Part shown: piece by piece, positions 12,478-25,183 of the stretch | How positions within the stretch are numbered: the first letter of the stretch is position 1 | Layout of the letters: each line of letters begins with the position of its first letter | DNA from: Callorhinchus milii | Taxonomy: Eukaryota | NCBI RefSeq assembly: GCF_018977255.1 | Contig: NW_024704742.1 | Coordinates: forward strand, 20,834,001-20,898,000 | DNA: 64,000 nucleotides | Direction of reading: 5' to 3' | Position numbers and translations under genes: made by a program | Notes under the pieces: model-generated | What the model saw: the letters and a program-made list of their open reading frames with translations, nothing else | Database searches by the model: none | What the model was told of the DNA's origin: nothing

Positions 12478-13201
12478 AGAAACAATGTCACAACACTTAA
12501 GACAATAAAAGTGGAAGGACAGATAGTTATCAATTTTGATGATAAATGAAATGCTCAAAGGATCTAAGAATCTAATTGACAGGATCATCATGCAAGCTAC
12601 GTTATGTTAAAATGTTTCTAATCAGCCATCAATACTTATATAACAGCATGACTAGAGTGATGGGCTCTTTCCAAAATAGAAACAGAGAGTTTATGAAATA
12701 ACAAAGGATCAGTGATAATTTAACCTCTGTACTGAACAATTAATACCTGTGATCGTATGGACAAATATTGTGTATACTGATAAATCAGATTCTGACCAAA
12801 CAGAAGTAAGATTAAGCACAGCTTTGACTGCCAAAATATTGAAATAGCAATATATATAAGAATGTACCGACACAAATTGAACACTCAAGTAAGGGCTGCA
12901 GAGATTATCGTCGTTTACAGGATATTGTTGGCACAGGTTAGCAGCTGCAGTTGCCTGTATAACAACATTCACTTCATTTCTAATCAATTATATTTTGTAA
13001 AGCACTTTAAGATGTTTATTTTTTTACATCAAAGGCGCTATATAACCACAAATTATTATAGTAGTGCAATATTAGCTCAGTGACATTTTTATACTTGTCA
13101 ACAGATTATCAAGAAAATATTATGCAATTAAATCTAAAATACCCATTAAATAAAGATTTAATAAGTCTTTAGCCACACTTAAATGAGACTAAGCGTATTC
13201 C

Positions 13202-13263
13202 CACAGTATTTTCCTCTTGTCTGGGTGCATTACCACAGTATTTTCCTCATGTCTGGGTACGTT
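13202..13263 (+). repeat. About 31-bp tandem duplication
   Basis: CCACAGTATTTTCCTC(T/A)TGTCTGGGT twice. Confidence 0.85.
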
Positions 13264-13911
13264 TAGTTCAATGCAATGGTGACCTTGGTTTAACTGCTAA
13301 TTATAACAACATTTATAGGCAACTTCTTGTTGCCTTTTCTCTATTGGTTTGTTAAATGATATTTACCCAGGGTTGCAAAGAAGTACTTCGGAAAACTGCA
13401 ACTTATCCTGCACACTCTAATTGGGCCTATTTATCAGCAGATTTCTTTGCAGATTGTCATAATGAGTGACAGGAGGCACATTCACCCCATTATTATTATG
13501 ATTATTATTATTATATAATCAGAGGGCAGTCAGAGCACAAACTATTGCATCATGTGCCTAGTCAGGAGGAAAATACTTTGGAAATGTGTTCGCACTACTG
13601 CCAGGCGTGGTCTGACCAGAGCATTGCACAGCTTCAGGTTGAATTATGGGGATCTAAACTCAACTGTACTGAGAATGTAGTGCATCTATTCATTACTGTC
13701 TCACAATGTGTTGAGTTTATCCTGATCCATGCCCGAGCACTGTGGTGCAGAGCGTGCCCATTTATGGTCTTTTAGGGGCTAAATTTGTGACATTTCATAA
13801 CAAATTGAAATTGAAATTGATAGTTATTAGATCAAATCTACTATGAAAAATGACAAACTTACCCTTCTATTAACTATTCCTGTGATGTATCACCACAAAT
13901 CAGACTGTAAT

Positions 13912-14086
13912 AATAATCACTGCATTTGATACAGTGCTTTATCACGTCTTCAAGACGTCTCAAAGCACTTCACAGAACATAATGTAAAGTGAATTGACTG
14001 TATATTTTTGTGGGCGAAACGCGGCAGCCAATTACACACAGCAGTGTCCCACAATCAATCATGGATTGAGTGACCACATTATTATT
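13912..14086 (-). mobile_element. Young tRNA-SINE 3' half
   Basis: Reverse complement of SINE core and tail. Confidence 0.85.
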
Positions 14087-14353
14087 AATAGATTGCAATA
14101 TTTAGATTATTTCCATCATTGTTTAACAACCTTGCATGGATGGAAGTTTGCAAATCCAGGTCATTAATGTGTATAAGGAACAAAATAGGATCCGGTCTCA
14201 GGTACCAGTCAATACCTCTCCCCTATTTTAACCTAAACCCCTTACCAAGAATCCTTGTTTCCTTCCCTTTAACCAGCTACAAAGCCACTAACATCTCTTA
14301 TCTCCGATACCCAGGTTCATGAGTTTCTGAATCAGATCATATTCTGTTACTGC

Positions 14354-15287
14354 CTGGACCCCTATTTTGTTATTCAGTAGGCCTTTGGGGACTTATTTGT
14401 AACCAAATAAATGTGTCTAAAACAGGCACCAAAGTGCATTGTCTAACTTTTCCAGGCTTCGCAATCCACCATTCACAGAACCACTAACTGAAAGGGGAGA
14501 AAATATCCGTAAAAAATAAGATTAAAACCTTTATTTTAAAAAATAACTAAAACTCTTATCAGAAGAATAGTAATTGTAATTCAGATTGCAAAAGCCAGCA
14601 GTTTCTGAGGATCATTATTGCATCCATTTTGTGTGTTGATTTAACCACATTGCTGGCGTCAGACACTGCTGGAGAGATGGGTATTAAAGAATGAGCTATT
14701 GGGCACAAATCATACCTAATGCTCAGCATATGACAGAATTATTAAATCCGCACTGCACCACTCTGCAGTCTCATAGATCAGATCTGGCTGAAAAGCTGCT
14801 AGGATGACGTTGTGGCCTCTTTTGAAACAGAGATTAAATATTCCAAGGACGAGAGGAAAATGATACGAAAAACCCCTTGTCTGATCTTAGATGATATCAG
14901 TCTTACGGTTCCTCAAGTCATTATCAGATCCTTCAAGTTTCCACAACCTCTACGTATCACCGTATTGAGACGCTATCAGGAAAGCATGTGGGGGGGTTGG
15001 TTATCAAAGATCTGGCTGTAAGTTTTTCAATCTCCAATTGTTATTGATGTGTAACATCGACTTTGTCGACTATCTCGGTCTCTCTCTCGAGTTAACCTTG
15101 TACATTCCATGCTTCTGATATTCCATGCTTACGGATATTTTCTCCCCTTTCAGTTAGTGGTTCTGTGAATGGTGGATTGCGAAGCCCGGAAAAGTTAGAC
15201 AATGCACTTTGGTGCCTGTTTTAGACACATTTATTTGGTTACAAATAAGTCCCCAAAGGCCTACTGAATAACAAAATAGGGGTCCAG
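14354..15287. repeat. 159-bp inverted repeat (arms 14354-14512 and 15129-15287, 616-bp spacer)
   Basis: Arms are reverse complements with one mismatch by eye (TCCAGGCTTC vs GAAGCCCGGA). Confidence 0.95.
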
Positions 15288-15399
15288 AATATACAGTCAA
15301 TTCACTTTACAGTGTGTTCTGTGAAGCGCTTTGGGACGTCCTCCCGACGTGAAAAGCGCTATATCAAATGCAAGGATTATTATTATTATTATTATTATT
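15288..15399 (+). mobile_element. 5'-truncated young SINE (3' 112 bp with long ATT tail)
   Basis: AATATACAGTCAATTCACTTTACAG...GCGCTATATCAAATGCAAGG(ATT)8; abuts the right arm of the inverted repeat. Confidence 0.9.
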
Positions 15400-15534
15400 C
15401 TGGCTGAACAGGAACCCATAACCCTAGTTAATGTCATTTTGACCAACATGCTAAGGGATGCTGCTTGACCAGTGAGTGAGCGGTTGCTTCCACAGAGAAA
15501 TCAATAGATTCCTAGCAGAACCATGGAGAGGGAA

Positions 15535-15965
15535 CCAATTAGATTCACGAGGATGATTCCAGGAATGAGGGGCTTGATTTATTGAGGAGAGACTACAGAA
15601 ACTGGGTCTGTTGTCACAGAATAGGGAAGGATGAGAAGAGATCTATGCAAGTGTTCAAAATGCTAGCAGAGAGGGAGGGAGGTGGGAGGGGTGGGGAGGT
15701 CAGCTGAGGTTAATAAGGTCAAAAAATGGAAGCTATTTGCACTTGTTGGTAGGTTGGTAACTGGTCAGTAACTTAGAATTAAGAATATGATATTTGCTGA
15801 TACTAAGGGAGAGGTTAGGAGAATTTATTTTGCACACCTTATTAGCACATGGAAAACGTCACACCCAAACGATGGCTGATGAGGAATATTTTAAAAGGTA
15901 ATTGGACAAACATTTTAAAATTGAATATAAGGGTATGGAGGGGAAAGGGGAAGGAAGTGGGACTA
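15535..15965 (+). mobile_element. Degenerate CR1 LINE 3' fragment
   Basis: AGATTCACGAGGATGATTCCAGGAATGAGGGGCTTG...GAGGAGAGACT (RFTRMIPGMRGL..EERL), homologous to 25184-25797. Confidence 0.7.
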
Positions 15966-17075
15966 AATAATAATATAACATTTCATACAGGGCATATATT
16001 TCTAAATTGTAATGCCTGTATTTTGCGGGTGAAAGAGCAATACCTCTTTAAAAGAGTCAACACAGGTTGATTTTAATTCTCAGAGCTGTGAATGTAGCAA
16101 TATTGAGACTAATGTTCAAACTCAGATTGCTTACTTAAAAGTACAGCACTTCAGTTAAAGATGGCACAGTACTGCCAAATGCAAACTCTAGCAAAAAACT
16201 GGACTCAAAACTTTCATCCCGATCTCTTTCCTTTAGTTTTATACAAAATGACATAATAAATATGACAAGATTATAATATTCCTCTTGAGGTGCTTTGTAG
16301 TTATTTTACAGTGACTCTTCTGTCAAGTAGCTTTTCTTATGTTTTGGAAAAATCCACCGACACTTGAATTGTTTGCAGGATTGGACAAAAGTGTTTTAAA
16401 TTCCATGTTTTTTTCTACGAAGATCCATTGATGTCGACAAATCTAACTGAACATGTATTTCAGTCAGAAGCAGCTCGGGGATAGCAGACGTCAATCTCTT
16501 GACAGTATGTCTTTAATGATTTTTTTAAAAAAATCATAGCTATCTAAGGGAAAACCTATATTTTAAAACTTACAACTTGCATTTATATAGTGCCCTTCAC
16601 GCTGGATGGCGACTCGGAGCTCTAAGTCTTCACGTGGAGATGAAATACTGAAATTACTTTCAGGAACAAAATATTATAAGCATTGCATTGTCCTGTGAGT
16701 TCAAAGTCTTTGATTTGCTGCCTTATTCTGCTCTGCAAGGCTTCAGATCGAAGCTACTTTATCCAGGTTTTGGATGAGGAAGGAACAAAATACAGGAGGC
16801 TACTATTGCCAATGGACTGCAAAATGCTCTCAGCAATTGCTTAGCTGCAAGACATAATGCTTTTATTACGGTAGCAAAATAACTGATTGTGCTGCAGTAG
16901 AACAAATGTTTCCGCACATAAAAAGAATTAAATCGTTAAAACATGGGATTTATTGACAAGCGGGACATTTATAACAGCTGATACTTTCAACTGAGCCATT
17001 GAATTGCACAGGATCGAAGTTGGGTTTGTGAAGTGTAAATAAAAAGGTTGGTTAATTTGGCCGGCAGTGACTCAC

Positions 17076-17163
17076 CGAGCCTGGTAGCTTTTTCTCCGTG
17101 ATTGTGTGTCTTCTTCTTCTTCTTTGTTAATTTCTCAATTTCGTCATCACTGAAATCCAGAGC
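17076..17163 (-). CDS. NAF1: NAF1 coding exon (exon 7)
   Basis: TTTTCCAG|GCT...CTCG|GTGAGT; 88 nt, phase 0 to 1; ALDFSDDEIEKLTKKKKKTHNHGEKATRL(G) has the conserved FSDDE motif followed by a basic, NLS-like run. Confidence 0.96.
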
Positions 17164-17315
17164 CTGGAAAATACCAAGGAATAATTTCATCCAATTCTTA
17201 ATTCTAATTTTGTAACTGCGAATCACACTTTGAAATGCAATGAACAGCCACGTGTACTGGCATTAAACCTAAACATTATCTAAAGATCCCTTTAATTTCA
17301 TTTTAATGACACTGA

Positions 17316-17600
17316 GGGGTTCTCTAGCTCAGTGGTTAGAGCACTCGCCTCACAAGGGAGAGACCTGGGTCTTGGGCAAGTTTCCTTACCCCACATGCCT
17401 GATAATAATCAAGAGAAAAAAATAATAAAATTGGTCATTTGAAACCACGACTGTTTGTGGGACACTACTGTGCGCAATTGACATTTCGCCCACAATTATA
17501 CAGTTAATTCACTTTACAGTATATTCTGTGAAGCTTTTTGAGACGTCTAGAAAATGTGAAAAGCGCTATATCAAACGTAAGGATTATAATTATCATTATT
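17316..17600 (+). mobile_element. Young tRNA-SINE, short subfamily (B box deleted)
   Basis: TAGCTCAGTGGTTAGAGCACTCGCC A box; ACCTGGGT joined directly to CTTGGGCAAG; full body and tail. Confidence 0.9.
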
Positions 17601-17688
17601 ACTGCTCTTGAACATTTAGCACAAGAACATTAGGCGCATAGATGATAAGTCTCACAAACGATATGCAATATGATGGGCATCATTTATG

Positions 17689-17801
17689 ATAATAATAATC
17701 ATCCTTGCATCTTCTAGACGTCTCTAAGCGCTTAACAGAATATACTGTAAAGTGAATTTACTATATATTTGTGGGGGAAACGTGGCAGCTAATTGCGCAC
17801 A
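17689..17801 (-). mobile_element. Young SINE 3' fragment, inverted relative to 17316-17600
   Basis: Reverse complement of SINE tail/body. Confidence 0.85.
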
Positions 17802-19936
17802 ATTTCCTACATAAATCATAATTCATAACAATACTAGAACAGCTGGAACAAAATCTAGTGTTTGTATGAGGGACGAGGAAGAGAGAATTGGGATTCTATA
17901 TTGCCCTATCAAGTTGTGGATAAATATAATTAAAAATATCAGAAAATAAGGGGTTCAGCAAAGTAAAAGAGGTTTATTTTTACATGAACTCCGAGATTTA
18001 CTAAACGTCAGCAGCATTTCACCCCCACTGTATTTTTAGAGTAGTTTATAATTTGGCCCCGACTTTCCTATGTACTCAAGTGCTGTGCAAAACGCAGCTC
18101 AAATTAAACGAATGTGAATCTAAATACTGGGAAGCCAGTGTTATTTTAAAGTAATTACTAGTTCACAGAGCAGCATCAGTATCTTGTACAAGGAGTAACG
18201 ATGTCTGAAAAAGGACCTGTGTCACAAGCACAGCTTTTTCTGCAGATTATCTTTAACCCCTGGTCCATGGAGTGATAATACCCTTAGAGTGATTTTTTAG
18301 GATGCCAATGAATGAAAATAGCTTTGGCTCACAATTCTATTTTACAGTCAAAACTCGATAATCACATATTCCATCCAAGTACACACATCTAATGTAACAT
18401 TCACGTTCCCTCCTATTACAAAGTGCTCTGATCCAAGCATTTGATTTCTCCGCACATCTTTCCAATTTAACGAAGACCTGACTGCACATCAAAAGCAGTT
18501 TCATGTTAAGTTGTCGTTAAGAGTGGAAACCTTGTCTTTACTTGTCACCACCCACAATGTTCGTATTTTATACCTGCCTTTAGCAATAACAATACTGCCT
18601 ATTGTACTGAAGTGTCTCAGAGTGTTTCACAGGTAACTCTGCAAGTGTAGTAACTGTGTATTTGTAGAAAAATGTAGCACTTAACTAGCACACAGCAGTC
18701 TGACAAACAGCAAGTAAATTAATTAAAAAAAAATTATCTGTAGGATTGTCAGTGAATTGGCCAGGAAAGGCAAATTAAACAAGAGAAATCACTAAAATGC
18801 AGCAGGAAAATTAAAAGCAATATTAAGAAATAGAGGAAGATTTACAACTTGCAGGGAGAGGGAGCGTCAAGCACAAGATTATACAGCAGCTGATAAAAAA
18901 AATTAGGGGAGGCAAGAGAGGGTCATAAAAGCAGATGTAAACCACATTGCCAAAGCAATTCTTCTAATAAATTGCAAGTAGGTAGTCAGAGAAGTTAAGT
19001 CTCCATAGAACCCAAATGGAGTTCAAAATGAAGGCTAACAAGAAAGTAAAAATATTAAATGAGTACCTCTTAGAAGTTTTTAAATGAGTGATTAAAGCCT
19101 ATGACATAATATCACAGTGACTTTAGTCAGGCAAAGATAGGCTTGAGGGATTGAAAGGGATACACAAGGCAGATAAACTACAGCAAAAGAGAGGAAACTT
19201 GTGCATTGATAATAATAATAATAATCTTTGCATTTGATACAGCGCGATAAACTGTAATTTAACATTTGATTCCAAACCACTTCCATTCATAAGCTTAAAT
19301 GCACAGCATTAGGCTGCGACAAATCTGTTGCAGAATAGTTCCTCCAAGTCTCTGAATGTTTCCAACAAGCACTACGGTACAATTTGAGTGACATCTGTCA
19401 CGCTGAAAGCAATCTGTGGTTGCATCCAGTTGTGCTGCCTGACACGAGCACCACCACCACTCACTGTAACCAGATTACACTGTAGTGAACATAAATCAGA
19501 TCAAAAGTCACACTGCAAGGACAGGACAGACCCCTCCCAAGTGCTGCTAACAAATGTTTTCCTCTCGAAAATTTAACATAATGCGACACAAAGCATTGCA
19601 AACGTCATACAAGTGGGACAAGGCACTGTTTATTTCAATGCAATGGACACTATGACTGACATAAGCAATGCTAATTAAGAGATAAAATACTATATTTTTA
19701 TTCAAAGATAAAACCATTGGATGATTTCCCTGACTCAAGTTTCCAGATTAATATTACATTTTCATCAAACTAAGAGCAGATGAAATAGAGGGGGGACGGG
19801 GGTGAGCGGGGAGAGAGGGACAAAAGAAGGGAAAACAAATGGACATGAATAAGAGCATGAGCAACAGCCTCCCTAAAGCCTTTGCAGTGCAAATGTGAAT
19901 TATGGGTAACTTATCAATCTTTGGATGCAGCAATAA

Positions 19937-20238
19937 GTGGAGTCCTGTGGAGTCCTACAGCTCAGTGGTTAGAGCACTCGCTTTGCAAGCGAGAGACCTG
20001 GGTTCGATTCTCGGCAGGGTGAAACCTTGGGCCAATTTCCTTACTCTACACGCCTGATAATATTNAAAAAATAATAAACTGGTCACTTCAATCCACGACT
20101 GTTTGTGGGATACTGCTGTGCGCAACTGGCTGCCGTGTCTCGCCCACACAAAAAAATATGCAGTCAATTCATTTTACAGTATATTCTGTGAAGCGCTTTG
20201 AGACAAGCGCTATATCAAATGCATGGATTATTATTATG
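19937..20238 (+). mobile_element. Full-length young tRNA-SINE, short subfamily
   Basis: A box AGCTCAGTGG, B box GGTTCGATTCT, TGC anticodon-like loop (tRNA-Ala-like), duplicated 5' GTGGAGTCCT, (ATT)n tail. Confidence 0.92.
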
Positions 20239-23099
20239 ATTATAAGAACAAAGTCTTTTGGCTGGAGATTGCATCAAGAATAAGGTTCGTAAGTAAAGGG
20301 GCCTGAATGGTGATCTTTTTGTTAAAAATCAATAAATCATTAATACATAAAATTTGCAATTATTTCAGTGTTAGTCTCCAACAGGGTCACAATCTTTAAT
20401 GGAACTGTAGCTGACCTGAAGTAGTTTACAGAAAGAGTTTCCGATCCTAGTTTGAAAAGTACAAGAAGGTGAGAATTACCTCAATTGTGACATTAAGGAT
20501 GTGGCAGCATTGCATGAAACACAGATTTCAATGGGAAATGTTAGTGAAGGGGGCAGGGGGATTAGACTGAAATGTGGTGGAGAACTGGCATAAGCATCCT
20601 GTGTCACAGAATATAGCAGGATTTCCTTTCCTAGGGCCAAAGGCACCAGGTCAATGTTGCCTCTGCTTCAAGATGGTCCTGCCAGAACATTATTGCTTTC
20701 AATGAGCTGAAGGCACAAGCAAAGGTGAGACAAAAAGAACATTGGGTTCTAATACATTCATGTCTCGCATGTGTCCTCAGACATAGTGAAGCGAGCACAA
20801 TGAGGAAATCAATGTGCAGCTTTCTCCTCAGAGGAAGATGGTGCACGGTTGAATCGACATGAGGGGAGGGGTTGGGGGTGGGGGTGCAGATGGTGGACCC
20901 TCCAACTACAGCTCAAACCCCAAAGAGAGTAAGGCAAGAAGTTCTGGGGGCTGGTGCTATGTCGGATCAGATATTCTGTTTCTATTGAGAGATGAATTAA
21001 AGTCTCTAGACCTATTCCTTGCTTCTATAATGGCTTCAATAGGGTACCTCTGTATTGTTAATGGCAAGCACATTATTAGGGGTGTAAATATCTCTCACAT
21101 TTGTTTGCCTTCCTTTAAAAAAGTATTTTTTATTTAATTTTTCAAACCTAACAGTTAGGATACTTTGCTTTCTTCTGCATGATAGTATTTTTGGTGCAAA
21201 TATATATTGTATACCATTCTTGCTATTGTTGGGAAAATATTACTATTATTATTGTTGTTGGGAAAATGTTTTAATTTCTGAACTCGTAGAAAACTAAGAA
21301 TTTTCAGTGGTTTTCACAGATCCACTTTATCATCAATAAACAGCATAAAGGGATTCAATCGTGCAGGGATTTAGGCTGTAAAATGAACACATTATTTCCA
21401 GTAACACACTACAACAGTCATCCCAGCTAACTTTCACTCAAGTAAGTTCAAGCCCTATTCCCACAAAAGATGAATGCTGATACAAAAAGCTCAACTGATT
21501 TACTTCAAGGTTGCCAGTAGAAGCAGTTGCTTTTCCTGCTTCTATCATTTACAATTCATGAAAATGGAGTCCAAAAATTTATGATTTTTTTCTGCCATGT
21601 TTCATATTTTAAAGAATAGAAAGGTGCCCAAACCAATCTGAATTCAACTGGAAAAGAGCTATTGTATGTGTTATTTGTTTGTTGCCATCCTTTATATTAA
21701 TCACAATATTCTGAGCAGCGGTAAACAACTTGAAGTTAGTTTACTTGACAGCATTTCTTAGTAACAGATTTGTGAGTGCAACGGAAATACGTGTGACAAA
21801 ACAACTTGCTTGATTTGTATGGAAACAGAGCATCAAGGCAGAAAAGCACACACCCCCTGGATCTCTCAGACAACAGACAATTGAAGTGATTTAGCTGAAC
21901 TAATTAAATTAAAGGTGATTATTAACGATATCGCACAGCAGCAGCCAACTGGTGAAAAACAAGCCATTAAGACTGCAAGAATGTAAGACTGCAAGAACTT
22001 AAAAGCCTGTGAGAGTATAGATAGATGAGAACATCAGAGGAAGGAGCAAAAAGCAAAATACACAGTAGATACAATGAACGGCGCACAAATGTTAGGCTTT
22101 GCAGTACTAAATCCTGCAGTAATAACAGCACAAATAGTGAGATTAGTAACAGCAAGACATAGCCACATTTATACCGCATATTTTTTTGCACTGGGAGCTA
22201 AAATGGCTAATCATCAGATTGCTTCCTACGTGTGCAGGAAATGATGTTGGTGGCAAACTAATGATTCTGAAGTCAGCCATTTTGCATATGCCGCACATTA
22301 CAACATAAACATTTGTGTAAACAAATCTGCGCTATAGAGAGTTATAATGAGGCTGTAATGTAGTCACCAATTCCCATTATATGATATAATCACTGAGTTA
22401 AATTATAATTTCCATGTGATGTGTTCCAAGTACCACAGGCAGGAAAAAAACGCCATGTTTGAACCAAGCCAGCTATATCTCACACCCATGTTTCCATTTC
22501 ATCTCCATTGTGTGTAAATGAAGCCCACATTAATACTTATGCATAATTCATAAAGTGACTATGTTTAAAATGGCCACCTGATGATATGCCAGCACAGAGC
22601 AAGTGTTTCCCTTACCTTTGACATAACGCTGAGGGGGTACAGAATTAACACAGACAGAAAATTGGACAGGTAGTGAATATAAAATATTCGGTATTGACAA
22701 ATAACTACAACTTAATATTCACAGCATTTTGGGACTGCCTGAAAAGCAAAGACAGTTTCTCCAGATACCCTGGCCAATAATCGTCCATATAAAATTGTTA
22801 ATTCACTTCATGCTTCAAGGACTTTGCTGGCGCAAATTGCCTGCAGTGTTTGTCTTTAAATCAAGTCAATGTATTTGACAAAAAATGACTTGCGAAGCGT
22901 TTGGGAAGTTCAATGTGATAAGATGCTATTAAAATTCAAGTTATTTATTTTCTTAGAGATTACACTTGGGAATTTCTGATTATTCTCATTCCATGCAGTG
23001 CTTTCAGATGTGCTTCTATGTGAAAGGTGCTACCTGAATGCAAGTTGCTATTGATCCGCTACGGACAGAAAATAAAATGGATTAAAACCCTCAACTGCA

Positions 23100-23241
23100 T
23101 GACCAAATTATTATTGTTTTTTTCTTGAGGGATTATTATCAGGCGTGTGGAGTAAGGAAACTTGCCCAAGGTTTCGCCCTGCTGGAAATTGAACCCAGGT
23201 CTCTCGCTTGCAAAGCGAGTGCTCTAACCACTGAGCTACAG
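23100..23241 (-). mobile_element. Young tRNA-SINE 5' half, short subfamily
   Basis: Reverse complement of the tRNA-like head and CCTTGGGCAAG segment. Confidence 0.88.
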
Positions 23242-23931
23242 AATAGCAAAGAAAAGTGAGCAAAATAGTGTTCATGGAAGGTCTATGTTGTATATTGTTT
23301 AAAAATGGATTTTAACTATATATACCTTCAAGTAGGATAATGTCTCCTAGTCCTTCACAGTGGCAGGGTTACATGCCGAGCAAGCGAGGTGACCAAAGAT
23401 GCGGTTGAAGAAGTTTTAAGTTGGGATTTAAAGATAGAGAGTGAGTTGGAGGAATAGACACACAGAGTTCCAGAGGTTAGGGGCTTAATGATGGTGACGT
23501 AGAGAAGGCAGGGGATGCACTGAATGGAGGGATCATGTGGGATCAGAGAGATAGGGAGGTGTTAATGCCTGAAGGGATTTATCAAATTTATATTTATCAA
23601 ATGCAAGGATTATTATTAGTAGTAGTAGTAGTATTATATGTGGGGCTGAGGAGAAGCCTCCCGAGAATTGGGGTGACGGGCTTAGACAACTATGCATTGC
23701 TTAAGATGTGGTCTGGCCTTATGTAAAAGACCATGAGCTGTTACTCAGGTTTATCACCTCTCTCTGAATGAATTGGAGAGTTCAAGGAAGATAACAACAA
23801 GGAGTCAATGTAGGTGACTGAACCATACTTTACCTTTGTATTTTGAGTCATGTAGTGTATATTTATGAGCTGGAAAATCACTACCCTGTGACCTGAGAAG
23901 AAAACAAGACAAGCTGTGCAATCACACTCAC

Positions 23932-23983
23932 CTCAAGTGGTGGCTCCTGGTCATTTCTCCACGACGCATCTGATCCTTTCTCC
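23932..23983 (-). CDS. NAF1: NAF1 coding exon (exon 6)
   Basis: TTTTTAAACAG|G...GAG|GTGAGT; 52 nt, phase 2 to 0; EKGSDASWRNDQEPPLE carries the NAF1 signature KGSDASW-NDQEPP. Confidence 0.97.
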
Positions 23984-24294
23984 CTGTTTAAAAATACATC
24001 GATATAAGTCACTTTTATATTTTTTTCAAAAATGCTGATGTGTGAATGGAGACGAATACAAATTCAAATGATTATTTGAAAAGAAGGGAGTTTCCCCCAG
24101 TGTCTTGGTCAACAATCTGCCAGATAAAATAGGGTCATTCACTTCAAAGCTATTTCTGGGACATTGCTGTGCGCAAACTGTTTGACATATTTGCCTACAA
24201 AATACACAGCCCTGAAGTGAAAGGCGCTATATCAAATTCAAGGATTATTAAAAATAATAATTAAAGTTAAAAAAAGGTATAAACTCACCCTAAC

Positions 24295-24440
24295 ATTTTT
24301 ATCCACGGAAAGTGATCTGCCAATTGAGCCACAAATGTGTTCCTACTTACTGCTTAGTAAAGAAAAGGCGTGTGGAGTAAGGAAACTCACTCAACATTTC
24401 GCCCTGCCGGGAATCGAACCCAGGTCTCTCACTAACCACT
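24295..24440 (-). mobile_element. Young tRNA-SINE 5' part, long subfamily
   Basis: GGGAATCGAACCCAGG (B box rc) and TTCCTACTTACTGCT; next to an older SINE copy at about 24065-24250 (+). Confidence 0.8.
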
Positions 24441-25183
24441 ATATTACGGGATTCCAAGTCAACAATGCAATGCAAATTTATATAGCGCCTTTCATGTTGG
24501 GAGGATATCCCAAGGAGTTTAACAATCCTAGCGCAGTACCCGAGCTGGAGGTGGGAGCCAAGCGGGATTGGGAAAGATGACCAAAGTGAAAGCCTCATGA
24601 CGAACATTGAAAGAGATCACGGGGAACATTTAAAATAAAATCCTGCTTTAACCAAGTAAATTAAATAACCGCTTAACCTTTATTATAAATTTTATATGGC
24701 TGTTGTGTGGAGTCATAGTCGATGTGTAGAATCACAAGTAATTCATTCTGACCATCTGAAAATGGGTTTAAAAAATTTACAAGTTAGTATGATTTTTTTA
24801 AAAAGAACCCCCAGTGTAAATATGTGCAATGAAACTGGAGGCCGAGATATGGTGGATTTATACCAAAGATGAAAAATAAGCGTTTCAGACGCAATGACAG
24901 ATAGAAGACTGATTTTTACCAATTGTATTTCCAACCTGTTTGAGTTTTGACCTAAAGTCAGAATCTGAGCCAGACTCCAATGTATCAAGGCTTGTTTAAA
25001 AAAAAGCTCTCATTTGCATTGCCTTGAATTTTAGCAAAGTCATAAGTCACCCCTACTCACTGCCCAGCGGATCAGCCCCCACCACCCACCCCATGACTTC
25101 CCAGTTCATAACCCACCTCCCCCCACGAATCTCCAATCCATCAACCCCCTCAACTGACTTCCCATTCCATCATCCTCCTCCCA

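Noticed and set aside
15055..15105. Cluster of restriction-site-like motifs (GTCGAC, GGTCTC, CTCGAG, GTTAAC, TGTACA) suggesting vector polylinker
   Set aside because: Order and spacing match no polylinker I recognise; kept only as part of the unassigned CpG-rich segment. A VecScreen search would settle it
14354..15287. Foldback/MITE transposon with 159-bp TIRs
   Set aside because: No TSD at the outer ends and the right arm is fused to a truncated SINE; templated duplication fits better, though a copy-number search is needed to exclude it
19937..20020. tRNA-Ala(TGC)-like gene (also at 17316, 23170, 28790, 36880, 38226)
   Set aside because: No acceptor stem pairing; each continues into the same SINE body and (ATT)n tail, so these are SINE heads
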